Notes: generated from the letters alone by a model not told the origin. A stretch of DNA of 48,688 bases from Gammaproteobacteria bacterium (GCA_041589615.1 JBFHVK010000001.1:1-48688), one strand, 5' to 3'; positions 24,017 to 34,422 are shown, counted from the first letter of the stretch. Made by a program: numbers and translations.

Positions 24017-27000
24017 ATGGCTAGTCTTGAGGAATTGAACGGCTCTGCTGGGCCTACTATTGACGATTTTAACTTCGACAAGGATACAGTTGCACCAGTG
24101 GTCAATAAGGCTTCTAACCTTAACCTAGCCACTTACACGGCAGCCTTGTCAGATAATCCACAGAACATCATCGACACTTACAGGGCCACTGAGGCAGAGC
24201 TTACACTTGAAGGTAAGTCCCAGCTAACTACTGAGATTCACAATCAAGCTAAGCAACGTGCCTACCAAGCAAACCTGAAAGCTGCCACATCTATCTTAGC
24301 CGACCCTAACATCCCTGATGAAGAGAAGTTACGGATTGCTAATGAGCTGGCAGATGTTAATGGCAGGCAGTATGAGTTGCGTAACCTGCTGTCCACAGAG
24401 ATGTTGGCTAAAGAGTCCCGTGGTGAAGATGAGAGAGCAGAGACTTTCCGTGTTGACACTGCCGCTGCCATTCAGTATATGAATGAGATTAAGAGGCAGG
24501 AACAAGCAATCCTTAATGCTGAGTTATCCAAAGAAACTCCCACTATGATTCGTAAGGTGGAAGACTTTGTTGAACTCATGGTGCCATTCGTAGATCAAGC
24601 TATGGCCACTAGCATTAAGAAGAAGCTTGGGGAAGGCACTGCCGAATCTGCATGGGATGCTTTCACACTCCTAGGCTCGGCTAAGGCTGACATGAGGGAT
24701 ATGATGGCAAGCCTACCGCCAGAGCAACGCCTAGAGATGACTCGTGTTGTAGCTGACTTCATTAACGAATCTTCTACAATCACTGGCCCTGATGGCAATG
24801 ACTTTGCTCGTAGGGAATACTTACAGGCTGTACTAGACCAAGGCTCTTATACTGACGTGGATGAGTGGGTGGATAACATCATTGGTGTCCTCGACATGAC
24901 TATCGTTGGTGGGATTGCTGGTAGGTTGTTAATGAGATCAACCAAGGTAGCCACTGGAGTGGAACGAGCACAACGAGCTGTAAGCAGCGTAGTGAAGCGT
25001 TCTGTTAAGACCCGTGTACAACCTACCTCCTTAGCTCAAAACCTCAAGGACGCTAACCCAGAGGCTCTCAGGAATGCTCATGCTGCTGCTGTCTCGGATG
25101 AGACTGGTGAAGCTGCACAAGCAATGTACGGAGCTAGTAAGGAAGATGTTGTGATGAACGACATTATGCCTGAAATGCTGGATGAAGTAGGGGAGGTGAG
25201 TGCTAAGGTAAGTGACCCAGACAAGAACCTTCGTTTAGATGAGATGAAGGCACCTGAGCTTCAAGATTGGCTAGGCACTGAGCATGCTGGCTATGCTTTC
25301 AAGGCTGAAAGGGCACAAGCTATTGCTGCCACAGTAAACCGTATGGAGAACGTCATTGGCCTAGCCCCACGTAAGGAAATGTTCCAAGTAGGGGAGAGAG
25401 GCGGTAACGTAGTGATGCGGGCTGTGTATGGCCCATCGGAAGGAGGCTTCTCCTCTGTTGAAGAGGCTATTAACCTGACAGAGTTTGCCTTAAGGGAAGA
25501 GGGTATTGCTAGGGAGCAGATTAAACTATTGGAGCGTCAAGGTGATAGGTATGTTGAGATTGACCCTAAACTATATGAAGGGCAACTGTTTAACAAACCT
25601 ATTGTTGAGAAGGTAGTTGCAGAAGATATCAGCGGGGCTAAGACCACTATCTCTGTGTCACGTAAGCCAAAGGATATCCTAGTATCTGTTGAGCATGAGA
25701 GGGCATTTAACCCCGGTGATGTAGTTGCATGGTCTGAGGCTGATGTACTTTACAACATCTTTGACAGGTTAAATGTATTCAACGGCAAGGCTGGTGCTGG
25801 CAGTCTGCAAAGGTCTTTAATGGACAATGCCTCCATGCTACATCCTAAGTTGTCCACATCTGGTGTGACAGCAGTGGATAGGGCAGCAGGTCTTGAGAAG
25901 ACTCTCCTTGATCTTGGTGGTGACTTTGCTAAGCAGTTCTCCAAAGCTGGCCCTGAGATGCAAGCAGTAATGACCAAGATGATTAAGGAAGCTAACTACT
26001 ACGGTAAGGACTTCTCTTATAATGAAATGGTTGCGGCTGGTCTTAGAGGGGAACAGATTGAAGCACTTCGTACTTGGCGTAAGTATTGGGACAATGCCTA
26101 TTACCTTGAGAACAGGGACTTGGCTCGTACCTTGTCTGCTCGTGGTTTCAAGGAGTATGTAGACAAAGCTTCTGACACTAGGCTCATTGTCAAGCCTGTA
26201 GCACGTAACCAACTAGGTAAGGTAGGTCAAATCTATGACCCTGCCACTGGTGAGGTTAGGCGTATGACAGACGCAGAGCTAACAGCTTTGTATGAGTCAG
26301 GTGGTCAGATTGCTAAGATGCAACGTCCTCTGGTTGTAGGTGATGATGCTTATGAGTATATCCGCGTAGCTAACCAAGCCGACACTTCTTACTTGAAAGG
26401 TATCTCTGATTCCACTCAAGTATTGAACTACAGGAAAGGCTACTACACTGTATCGTACCAAGACCCTTACTTTATTGTACAGAAGGTAAGGAACTCTCGT
26501 GGTGATGTATTGTTTGAAAGGGCTATTGCAACTGCTGGCTCCAAGAAGGAAGCTGAGGCTTTTGCAACCTCTAAAGCAGGAGTTGATGGGAAGCCTGTTG
26601 ATGACTTCTACGTGAGGGGTGATCTTAAGAAGCTGTCTGTTGATAGTGATGTGTATTGGGATTTGAATCAATCAATGGGTAGAAGTGCTCAGAAGATTCG
26701 TGGTAAGCGTCTTGAAGAAGCTGACACCAATGCCATGTCCTCCTTACAAGCCAATGTACTTGACCCAGTTGATAGCATGATTATCTCTGCTCGCTCATTG
26801 GCGAATAGGGTGTCATTGCGTGGTATGTTAGAAACTACTAAGTCTAGGTTCATTGCCCAGTATAAGGAGTTTCTACCGCTGGATGACTTCAACAATCCTC
26901 GTATGCCTAACAGCGTGTCTGAGGTAGCTTACCGTGGAGGACAAGCTGAGAACCAAAAGAAACTGGCAGATGCTCGTACCACCTATGAGTACATCCGTCA

Positions 27001-28759
27001 AATGGAAGATGGTTACATCAACCACATTGATGATGCTTACAAATCTGCATTGAAAGTAATCTCTGATGTAGCTGGTAATGCTGGCTTAGCTAAGCTTGAC
27101 AAGTCATTGAAGTGGATGGCTGACAGTCGTGGCCCTAGTGCTATGGGCAAGAACCTAGCGTTCAACATGTATCTAGCAACTAACCCGGCACGCCAGTTTG
27201 TAATCCAGTCCCACCAAGCTATGCAGCTAGTGGCTAACTATCCACGTTGGATTGCTGGTGGAGAGGCAACTCCTCAATTGTTAGTGCTTATGGCTAAGCA
27301 GTTAGGTGCCCCTATTCCAAAGAATGTTCTCAAAGGAGCAGGGTTAACTGAAGAATCTGCTGAGCGTATGTATAAGCAATTCAAGGCTACAGGTCAAGTG
27401 GCTGCTATTGACAAACAGAACCTGATTCGTGGGGCTCTGCTTGACTTAGCAGACCAAATGTCCCTTGGAAGAACTGGTGCTGGTAAAGCTTGGCGTAATG
27501 TCACAGCTCCAATCACTTGGTTGCGTAAGATTGGTTTCGATGCTGGTGAGAACGTAAACACCATGACTGCATGGTTAGCTAACAGGGACACAGCCCTGAG
27601 AGCTGGTAAGAATATGGATGACCCATTGGTGCAAGCAGAGGTCGCAGGTAAAGCTCGTAACTATACCTACAACATGAATGCTGCTGGTGATATGCCATAC
27701 AACCAGAACTTCCTTGCTGCTGTATTCCAGTTTATGCAAGTTCCACACAAAGCAATGCTTACTATGACTTTTAACCGTGTGCTTACCCCGGCTCAGAAGG
27801 TAAGGCTAGCAACTTTCAATGGTATCATGTACACACTCCCTCCAGCGGCCATGTTAGCATGGTTTGGTGAGGATGGTATGGATGTATTACCAGAAGACCC
27901 AGAAGCTCGTGACGCGGTTATTCAAGGCCTTGAAGGGGCTGTATTGAATAAGCTACTGAGCATGGGTTATGGTGAGAATATCTCTGTAGATTGGTCTGGC
28001 TTATCTCCTTTAGATGTCTATGGCACTATGGAGTTTGTAACTGGACTTCTTACCACAGACCTAGGCACCATTATTGCTGGCACTCCGTCTGGTCAGTTGT
28101 TCTTTGGTAATAACCCAAGGTTAACTAACTTCGCTAAGACTGCTGCTAGGTATGTTAACCTAGTGGATGATTACGAAGACCCAACAGAGTTTGGTCAAGT
28201 GGTGACAGACTTTGGTAAGTTGTCCTCTGGTTTCTCTAACGCATTCAAAGCAGCTTATGCTATGGAGTATTTCAGGAAGTATGGCACGTTAGGTGGCAAC
28301 ACCAACTCACAAATCCCAACCCCTGAGGCAGTGGCTTTGGTATTTGGTTTCCAATCTATGGATGATGTTTACCGTAGGTATGCCAATGACAAAGTGTATC
28401 GTAAGGGCAAGGACTTTGAAGAGGATGTGAGGAACTGGTATCGTGAACTTAAGCGTCACGTCCTGAGCAAAGAGCCGGGCGTAGAAGACGCTGAGTATAT
28501 GAAAAAGGTTATTAACGAATCTTGGAGGGTGTTTGGGAATGATGATTACAGAGCGCGTCAGACATTGCTGACTGAGATGAAGAGGGACATGGCTAACAAA
28601 GACCTGACCTTGCTTAACCGCATCATCAGGGAGTCTGGTATTATGTCACATGAAGAAAGGGAAAACCTGTTCAGGTCTATCCCGATGAAGGATGAAGCTC
28701 AACGTAACAAGCTTCTTGATTTGAACAAATATATTCTTGAATATAAGGAAGGTGAATAA
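24017..28759 (+). CDS. Large internal virion / ejection protein (1580 aa)
   Basis: Largest ORF, at the T7 gp15/gp16 position. I saw no polymerase or lysozyme motifs. Confidence 0.7.
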   Translation: MASLEELNGSAGPTIDDFNFDKDTVAPVVNKASNLNLATYTAALSDNPQNIIDTYRATEAELTLEGKSQLTTEIHNQAKQRAYQANLKAATSILADPNIPDEEKLRIANELADVNGRQYELRNLLSTEMLAKESRGEDERAETFRVDTAAAIQYMNEIKRQEQAILNAELSKETPTMIRKVEDFVELMVPFVDQAMATSIKKKLGEGTAESAWDAFTLLGSAKADMRDMMASLPPEQRLEMTRVVADFINESSTITGPDGNDFARREYLQAVLDQGSYTDVDEWVDNIIGVLDMTIVGGIAGRLLMRSTKVATGVERAQRAVSSVVKRSVKTRVQPTSLAQNLKDANPEALRNAHAAAVSDETGEAAQAMYGASKEDVVMNDIMPEMLDEVGEVSAKVSDPDKNLRLDEMKAPELQDWLGTEHAGYAFKAERAQAIAATVNRMENVIGLAPRKEMFQVGERGGNVVMRAVYGPSEGGFSSVEEAINLTEFALREEGIAREQIKLLERQGDRYVEIDPKLYEGQLFNKPIVEKVVAEDISGAKTTISVSRKPKDILVSVEHERAFNPGDVVAWSEADVLYNIFDRLNVFNGKAGAGSLQRSLMDNASMLHPKLSTSGVTAVDRAAGLEKTLLDLGGDFAKQFSKAGPEMQAVMTKMIKEANYYGKDFSYNEMVAAGLRGEQIEALRTWRKYWDNAYYLENRDLARTLSARGFKEYVDKASDTRLIVKPVARNQLGKVGQIYDPATGEVRRMTDAELTALYESGGQIAKMQRPLVVGDDAYEYIRVANQADTSYLKGISDSTQVLNYRKGYYTVSYQDPYFIVQKVRNSRGDVLFERAIATAGSKKEAEAFATSKAGVDGKPVDDFYVRGDLKKLSVDSDVYWDLNQSMGRSAQKIRGKRLEEADTNAMSSLQANVLDPVDSMIISARSLANRVSLRGMLETTKSRFIAQYKEFLPLDDFNNPRMPNSVSEVAYRGGQAENQKKLADARTTYEYIRQMEDGYINHIDDAYKSALKVISDVAGNAGLAKLDKSLKWMADSRGPSAMGKNLAFNMYLATNPARQFVIQSHQAMQLVANYPRWIAGGEATPQLLVLMAKQLGAPIPKNVLKGAGLTEESAERMYKQFKATGQVAAIDKQNLIRGALLDLADQMSLGRTGAGKAWRNVTAPITWLRKIGFDAGENVNTMTAWLANRDTALRAGKNMDDPLVQAEVAGKARNYTYNMNAAGDMPYNQNFLAAVFQFMQVPHKAMLTMTFNRVLTPAQKVRLATFNGIMYTLPPAAMLAWFGEDGMDVLPEDPEARDAVIQGLEGAVLNKLLSMGYGENISVDWSGLSPLDVYGTMEFVTGLLTTDLGTIIAGTPSGQLFFGNNPRLTNFAKTAARYVNLVDDYEDPTEFGQVVTDFGKLSSGFSNAFKAAYAMEYFRKYGTLGGNTNSQIPTPEAVALVFGFQSMDDVYRRYANDKVYRKGKDFEEDVRNWYRELKRHVLSKEPGVEDAEYMKKVINESWRVFGNDDYRARQTLLTEMKRDMANKDLTLLNRIIRESGIMSHEERENLFRSIPMKDEAQRNKLLDLNKYILEYKEGE

Positions 28760-30562
28760 GTGGCGGACTTTACTGTAAGTTATGTTGGAGGCCCGGAAGG
28801 GTCTCCTGTAACTCCCCTCGCCCCTGTAGAGGACAGAAGTTCTCTTGTTGGATTAAGTGCCCTTAGTAATATTGCTGAGGGTGTCTCAGGCTTTGCCTCT
28901 GACTTTGCAGAGCAACGTCGTATCGAAGCCAAGGAACGAGCTCAAGCTGAGCTTGAAGCCTATAACAGCAGTGTTATGTCTGAGTTTGGTCAGAAACAAT
29001 TACGCATTGCTGAAGCCCTTGAGACAGGTGAGATCACCTCCTCTGCTCAGGCTCGCTCTTTAATGCGTCATAACCTAACTAGAGCTATTGCAGATAATCC
29101 GTCGCTGACGGTTGACCTAGGTAAAGTGCATACCAACCTCCTTAAGTCCACTGGATTAGGTGAGGCTGTCTACGAAGGCACTGATGAAGAAAAGCAATTC
29201 CGTGCTATTGAGAGCAAAGCACTAGAGCGTGGCTGGGTAACACCTAACATGGCTCAAGGTGATAAGCTTATAGCTCTTGAGGCCATGCGTAGCTTTGATA
29301 TGGCACAAGAGCAGATGAAGTTTGCTCAGCAGAAGAATAGCTTAGCTGAGTCTAACATCTCACTAAGGACTGCTGGCATCACTCAAAGGAAGGCACTATT
29401 ACAATTAGATGAGCTATCACAACGTAAGCAATCTCAGGTGGCTGTAGGTCAAATGGCTCAGGCATACCAAGTGAAATTGTCTAACGACCTAGAGGCTATT
29501 CGCCAGAAGAAAGAGTCTGGTGAGATAAGTCCTGAGCAAGCAGTGATGCTAGCTGACCAAGCTTACCTTAATGTGGAAACTCTTACTAGGCAAGTAGGTG
29601 CTCAAGCTGGTAATGATTACATCACTAACATGACCACTGGCCTTAGAATGCAGTATGACAACTACAAGGGGTATTTGTCTGGTAAAACAAAGCTAGAGAC
29701 ATTGAACACAATGAACGCCACAGCAATTGCCATTCAGACTAACTTAGCTCTTGGAGACCCTTTGATGGGCAGGCTAGCTGCTGTCAGTAAGATTGTCCCC
29801 AATAGTGAAGCAGTTACTGTGGGAACTGGGCTTGAGCTTGCCAGTGAGTTCTTGCGTAACGGGGCTAACCCAAACACTTGGCCTAATAACCTACTTGCCA
29901 ATGATGAGGAAAGCAAACAAAAAACCGAGAACTATCTTAAGTTTATTGACAACTCGTTATCTGCGGTTAACCGTGGTACTGCAATTGAACCAGAGCTGAC
30001 TAAACAAGAGTTGAATAATAACATCAATGATATGTTGAAAGGCATCTCTGTCTATGGCCCAGGAGCTTCTTCCCCGTCTGACTATAATCAAGTGGTTGAC
30101 ATGCTGGCCAATGTTGAGTTTGGTAAGTTCATAAAAAGTCAAGATGGGTTTACTGACAATGATGCTAGGCAAAGGGCTAGTGATATTTTCGACTCTGAAT
30201 ACTACAACAAGGTAATGCCAGTAGTTTTGCAAGAGTACAAGAGGACACAAATCTTAACTAAGACTGGTACACGCACACGTAGACCTACTTATGAACCTAC
30301 AGCATCTAGGGTAGTGCCTAAGTTCACTGGCTCAGGTGTATCGTTTATGCCAGAGCAAGGGTTAGGAGATAGTAATACCATCTCTCAAGCTAAGGAGCTT
30401 AATGAGAAGGTAGCACCTGTTCTTAACAGGATGATTAGGGCAGCAGCTCACTTGAATGCTACTACTGATTATCGTAGTGTGTATGAGAACCAATTTGCAA
30501 ACCTGTTTTTACAGGAAGAGCAGGTAGAGGAGAATGTAGATGGCGGAAACACTGGGGAGTAA
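28760..30562 (+). CDS. Internal virion protein (600 aa)
   Basis: GTG start directly after the upstream TAA, SD AAGGAAGGTGA, coiled-coil-rich. Confidence 0.65.
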   Translation: MADFTVSYVGGPEGSPVTPLAPVEDRSSLVGLSALSNIAEGVSGFASDFAEQRRIEAKERAQAELEAYNSSVMSEFGQKQLRIAEALETGEITSSAQARSLMRHNLTRAIADNPSLTVDLGKVHTNLLKSTGLGEAVYEGTDEEKQFRAIESKALERGWVTPNMAQGDKLIALEAMRSFDMAQEQMKFAQQKNSLAESNISLRTAGITQRKALLQLDELSQRKQSQVAVGQMAQAYQVKLSNDLEAIRQKKESGEISPEQAVMLADQAYLNVETLTRQVGAQAGNDYITNMTTGLRMQYDNYKGYLSGKTKLETLNTMNATAIAIQTNLALGDPLMGRLAAVSKIVPNSEAVTVGTGLELASEFLRNGANPNTWPNNLLANDEESKQKTENYLKFIDNSLSAVNRGTAIEPELTKQELNNNINDMLKGISVYGPGASSPSDYNQVVDMLANVEFGKFIKSQDGFTDNDARQRASDIFDSEYYNKVMPVVLQEYKRTQILTKTGTRTRRPTYEPTASRVVPKFTGSGVSFMPEQGLGDSNTISQAKELNEKVAPVLNRMIRAAAHLNATTDYRSVYENQFANLFLQEEQVEENVDGGNTGE

Positions 30563-30881
30563 ACAACGTAGGTTCGTACTGATGATCTCTAAGTTGATTC
30601 AGTGGGCCTATGAGAACGGATATGAGCTTACTTTTGGCGATGCCTTTAGAGACCCTAGGCTTCATGGACAAGTAGGCGAGAAGAAGGGATATGGGGCTTC
30701 TAACAGCCTCCATAAGAGTAGGTTGGCAGTAGACTTCAACCTATTTAAAGATGGTAAGTTCCTGACGAGTAGTGAAGATCACAAACCGTTAGGGGAGTAT
30801 TGGGAATCAATGGGCGGTTCTTGGGGCGGAAGGTTCCAAGACGGCAACCACTATAGCTTAGAGCATGAGGGTAGAAAATAA
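30540..30881 (+). CDS. Endolysin, peptidase M15 (VanY / L-Ala-D-Glu peptidase-like)
   Basis: 113 aa with SNSLHKSRLAVDFNL and DGNHYSLEH, the H-x-D ... H zinc-ligand pattern of M15 peptidases. Confidence 0.8.
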   Translation: MAETLGSKQRRFVLMISKLIQWAYENGYELTFGDAFRDPRLHGQVGEKKGYGASNSLHKSRLAVDFNLFKDGKFLTSSEDHKPLGEYWESMGGSWGGRFQDGNHYSLEHEGRK

Positions 30882-31051
30882 TGGCTTACGACGATAAGAA
30901 AAAGAAGAAGGACAAGAAGGACACCAAGAAGAAAGACTCTGGTGTTATTTGGAAGGAGAAAGAAGACTTGTCTAAAGGACTAGGTACAGGCGGGGCACGT
31001 AAAGCTGCTGATGCCATTATCAACCGTCAGAAGATGCTTGAAGGTATCTAA
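30881..31051 (+). CDS. Lys-rich small protein (56 aa), not in the supplied ORF track
   Basis: Translated by hand as MAYDDKKKKKDKKDTKKKDSGVIWKEKEDLSKGLGTGGARKAADAIINRQKMLEGI. It has a TAATG junction with the endolysin gene and its stop is at 31049..31051. Confidence 0.45.
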   Translation: MAYDDKKKKKDKKDTKKKDSGVIWKEKEDLSKGLGTGGARKAADAIINRQKMLEGI

Positions 31052-31060
31052 GGAGCTAAC

Positions 31061-31420
31061 ATGTGGGGAGCGATTGCAGCAATCTTCTCCCCCTTAGGTA
31101 ATGTTGTTTCAACATGGCTTGAGGGGAGACAGAAGGTACAAGAGGCTAAGATTGAACGGGAAGTGAAAGCCCTAACTCACGAAGCGAATTGGGACTTAGT
31201 TCAAGCTGAGGCTGCTAAAGGAAGTTGGAAGGATGAGTGGTTAACCTTGCTTGTATCCATCCCCCTCATCATGGCATTCATTCCGGGCACACATGAAACC
31301 TTAACTACTGGTTTCGCTGTACTAGAGAGTTGCCCTGAGTGGTATCAGATTCTGGTGGGGGTTGTATTTGCAGCTTCCTTTGGTATTAAGAAGATTCACG
31401 ACATTGTGGTTAGGAAATGA
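31061..31420 (+). CDS. Holin (3-TM, GTA/DUF3154-like)
   Basis: 119 aa with hydrophobic segments at the N-terminus, LTLLVSIPLIMAFIP and ILVGVVFAASFGI. It is adjacent to the endolysin gene. Confidence 0.6.
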   Translation: MWGAIAAIFSPLGNVVSTWLEGRQKVQEAKIEREVKALTHEANWDLVQAEAAKGSWKDEWLTLLVSIPLIMAFIPGTHETLTTGFAVLESCPEWYQILVGVVFAASFGIKKIHDIVVRK

Positions 31421-31698
31421 AGGTGATGCAGGATATAGCTCAATGGGCTCAACCAGTTGTCACTGTTGTTAGCCTAGCTTTTGGTGGCGGGGTTTTGTAC
31501 GGGGATGTTCAGGAGGTCAAGAAGGCCGTTGAGGATAACGACAAGCTTGAGAAGCAGGTAGTGGTCATGGAACAACGACTAGCGACTGCGGAAGAGGCTC
31601 AACGAGCCACTGTGATTGTACTGAGCAAGATGACAGACACACTAAACAAGTTGAATAACACTGTCATTAAACTCGAAGCAAAACTAGAGGACAAATAA
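31417..31698 (+). CDS. i-spanin-like / lysis accessory protein
   Basis: 93 aa with an N-terminal TM helix (PVVTVVSLAFGGGVLY) and a coiled coil. It is the last gene of the plus arm. Confidence 0.5.
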   Translation: MKVMQDIAQWAQPVVTVVSLAFGGGVLYGDVQEVKKAVEDNDKLEKQVVVMEQRLATAEEAQRATVIVLSKMTDTLNKLNNTVIKLEAKLEDK

Positions 31699-31703
31699 AT
31701 AAA

Positions 31704-31734
31704 CCCCCTTGGGAAATTCCCTTGGGGGTTTTCT
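31704..31734. terminator. Bidirectional intrinsic terminator at the convergence of the two arms
   Basis: Hairpin CCCCC-TT-GGG-AAATT-CCC-TT-GGGGG, flanked by TTTTCTTGTTT on the plus strand and TTTATTTATTT on the minus strand. Confidence 0.8.
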
Positions 31735-31756
31735 TGTTTACAATCCTTGAAAAATT

Positions 31757-31785
31757 TTTCTAGCAGAAATTACGTCCTTTAGCAC
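31757..31785 (-). promoter_or_regulatory. Conserved promoter-like motif, copy C (GTGCTA-N17-TAGAAA), orphaned between a gene end and the terminator
   Basis: Minus strand reads GTGGGTGCTAAAGGACGTAATTTCTGCTAGAAAAATTTTTC. It starts 3 nt after the stop of 31789..31992. Confidence 0.5.
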
Positions 31786-31788
31786 CCA

Positions 31789-31992
31789 CTAATTACTGCC
31801 AGTCAAACACTTCTTACATGTACACTGTGTGTACACACTGTCTTGCTTGTTATGAGGAACTGACATACACCAACATGCACTGCCAGACTTACCAGCTTCC
31901 ATTGCGCAGTAAGTTCCTTGGCCACAGGAAGGACACTTATGTGTCTCCCTGTTGCCCTTAGCAGCATTGATAAACTGCTCATGGTATGCCAT
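31789..31992 (-). CDS. Cysteine-rich CWC-family small protein
   Basis: 67 aa with CPSCGQGTYC...SACWCMSVP, matching the Cys_rich_CWC pattern as I remember it. Confidence 0.65.
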   Translation of the reverse strand: MAYHEQFINAAKGNRETHKCPSCGQGTYCAMEAGKSGSACWCMSVPHNKQDSVYTQCTCKKCLTGSN

Positions 31993-34178
31993 TAGAACAC
32001 AACCTCACAAGCACCACCAGCACATGCTGCACCAGCTAGTGTACCAACGTCAGTGTATTCCTTCTTACCAAGTTCCTTGGAGAAGTCCACCTCAACCATG
32101 TTACGCATGATCTTTTCCCAACGGTAGAAGTTGTGGCAATCCTTCAAACAGAAAGTCATTTCCATTTCTTTCCCGTCGAAGAAGTTAGCGGCAAACTTTT
32201 TAGCTCGTCGCACCCAGTCCCTCTTAAGTAGGTCTCTACTGTCATCTGTAAGCTTGATGCCATAACCAAGAACAGTATCACAGGCAACCCACAGATCGCC
32301 ATCAAAAGCATGAAGAGCATCGACAATAAGACCAGAGGCAAACATAGAACAACTGCCATACTTGGAAAGAAGCTGCTCCGCCGTAACCACTTCAGTAAAA
32401 GGTGCTTGTGCATAAGCCTTATCTCCTAAAGCACTTAACAGTGAGATGCCAGCGAACCACTGTCGGTTATTGTAGATGTATTCCTCCACCTCATCCCAGT
32501 CATCAACTGTAATGGTGTTGGATACGTTATGGCGTAGACGCTTATCTACGCACAGGTCAACATTAGTCCCATGCTCAATCCAATATTGCTGAGCCTTCTT
32601 GACATAATCAAGTTGCTTTACACCAAGCAAGTCAGCTTTATAGATAGAACCTTCTTGGCTAATAACAGGGAAGCTCACTACAACATCAGTCTTGTTAGGG
32701 CTCCATACAGATTCTTCCACCATTGCTGGGTTAGTCTCTGCAATAAGCTTAGTGATTTCCTCTTCCTTGTTAAGCTGCACGTTACGGAAGTAACGAGGGC
32801 TATGCTCACCATGAATACCAGAGGCCGTCCCTAACAGCACAGAAGCGTTTCCTGAGGGTTTTACAGCAGTTACCCTAGCTGCCCTATTGATACCAAGCAA
32901 AGACGCTACAGAAGTGTTCACAGAGCGGCACAGCGTAGCCCCTTCAATCATGTTGCTTTCATCAAACAACACTTCAGGGTTGTTCATCCAACCTGTGATT
33001 GATACACCTAGCAGAGCTTCATGCTCTGTGATACGACGTGTAGCATCTGACACATACCTGAAGTTGGAATAACCAGCTTGCAATGTGCCAAGGATGGATG
33101 CTGCTTCACATGCCTCTAGGAACTCTTCCTTGCTATTGCACATTGAACCATTGATCTCAGTCAGGTTACAGAACTGGAACCCTGATTCCCCATCTTGTGC
33201 TCTAGGAAGCATGCCAATCTCAACACATGGGTTGTAGCAGAACTCCTTACTGTCAGTGAAGATGAAGCCCGGCTCCCCCACCTGACGTACACTCTTCATA
33301 ATGTGAGCCCATTCCCCACGAGTAAGCTCATCACGAACCAACATCACTGAGTTATTAGAGCGACCACGTTGCGGGTTAGCTACATACCAATCACCTGTCT
33401 TAGCATTCAACATGTCCTCGTCATCTTTATCGAAGAGGCATATAGTAGCTGAACGACGTACCCCACCAGACAGCACAGCATCAGCCATGTGCATAACGAA
33501 ATCGTATGCTACAATAGATGTTAATGCTGTTGCACCTTCACTTGTGAGTTTGTCTAGCAGGTCTTCACATTTAAGAATGGCATTGCGTAGGCCATCTGGG
33601 CCGGGAGCCTTAAATCCACCAGAGATCATAGAGCCACGTGGGCGTACCTTAGTGAAGTCAAAGTGAATCTGATACCCCTGATACTCAGGGAAGGTGGCCC
33701 CTTCAGTTAAGTATGAAGAGATGAGGGCACCGAAAGCATCAGCCCAACCTTCAATACTATCCTCCACAACAAATACCTTAGACTCATTGCCACGGGCATT
33801 CAACAGTGGAATCTTGCTGATGTGATGTTTCTGTACAGAGAACCCTACACCGCAACCACATAACAGAAGGTACATACATTCTTGGAAGAATGCAGGTCTG
33901 TCACAATAACTCACTGAGCAGTTATACATCTTAGCTTCATGCTTGAATAACTGCTCCCCACCAAACTGGAGGGCACGTTGTGCCCCCAATACCAGCTTCT
34001 TCTTATAGGCATCCTCTGCCTTCTTGATAGCCGCATCCAATGCAGGGCTCATTACATCACGATACTTCTCTCGGTGCATGTCCATAACACGAGACACAGA
34101 TTCCTCCCATGTCTCGTATCGTTCCTCTGCATCCAGCCATCGACTATAGCCAGTGTAGAACTTACTGGATGATAACAT
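31992..34178 (-). CDS. nrdJ: Class II (adenosylcobalamin-dependent) ribonucleotide reductase
   Basis: About 728 aa. The N-terminus KFYTGYSRW..ERYETWEESVSRV, the FQFCNLTEIN and NPCVEIG segments and a C-terminal Cys-rich tail are typical of NrdJ. I prefer the ATG at 34178 over the TTG at 34217, which overlaps the thioredoxin gene. Confidence 0.9.
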   Translation of the reverse strand: MLSSSKFYTGYSRWLDAEERYETWEESVSRVMDMHREKYRDVMSPALDAAIKKAEDAYKKKLVLGAQRALQFGGEQLFKHEAKMYNCSVSYCDRPAFFQECMYLLLCGCGVGFSVQKHHISKIPLLNARGNESKVFVVEDSIEGWADAFGALISSYLTEGATFPEYQGYQIHFDFTKVRPRGSMISGGFKAPGPDGLRNAILKCEDLLDKLTSEGATALTSIVAYDFVMHMADAVLSGGVRRSATICLFDKDDEDMLNAKTGDWYVANPQRGRSNNSVMLVRDELTRGEWAHIMKSVRQVGEPGFIFTDSKEFCYNPCVEIGMLPRAQDGESGFQFCNLTEINGSMCNSKEEFLEACEAASILGTLQAGYSNFRYVSDATRRITEHEALLGVSITGWMNNPEVLFDESNMIEGATLCRSVNTSVASLLGINRAARVTAVKPSGNASVLLGTASGIHGEHSPRYFRNVQLNKEEEITKLIAETNPAMVEESVWSPNKTDVVVSFPVISQEGSIYKADLLGVKQLDYVKKAQQYWIEHGTNVDLCVDKRLRHNVSNTITVDDWDEVEEYIYNNRQWFAGISLLSALGDKAYAQAPFTEVVTAEQLLSKYGSCSMFASGLIVDALHAFDGDLWVACDTVLGYGIKLTDDSRDLLKRDWVRRAKKFAANFFDGKEMEMTFCLKDCHNFYRWEKIMRNMVEVDFSKELGKKEYTDVGTLAGAACAGGACEVVF

Positions 34179-34179
34179 A

Positions 34180-34422
34180 TTACTCAACTGATTCCCCTTT
34201 CCCGTAAACCTTTTCAATCTCTTTCATAATCGGCACAGCTCCAACCAATACTGAGCCATCCCCAAAGTAGAGGGCAGGCACAGAACGTACACCAGCGGCT
34301 CTAGCAAGCTCAGGAGACTTATCAACATCAATGATTTCAACTGCATGGTCATAGGTTGCTAGTTTCATCTTTACAGCTTGGCATGGGTGACACCACTCTG
34401 CTGTGAATAACTTCATGGTCAT
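34180..34422 (-). CDS. Thioredoxin / NrdH-like redoxin
   Basis: 80 aa with the WCHPCQ active-site CxxC, directly upstream of nrdJ. Confidence 0.85.
   Translation of the reverse strand: MTMKLFTAEWCHPCQAVKMKLATYDHAVEIIDVDKSPELARAAGVRSVPALYFGDGSVLVGAVPIMKEIEKVYGKGESVE

Noticed and set aside
24017-28759. The 1580-aa protein as a virion RNA polymerase (N4- or crAss-like)
   Set aside because: I found no T7-like or two-barrel polymerase motifs by eye. Its position and size fit a T7 gp15/gp16-type ejection protein. This can only be settled by profile or structure searches.
34179-34217. Upstream TTG start for nrdJ (track ORF 31992..34217)
   Set aside because: It would overlap the thioredoxin gene by 38 nt. 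The ATG at 34178 sits 1 nt after the thioredoxin stop, and the conserved NrdJ N-terminus begins just after it.
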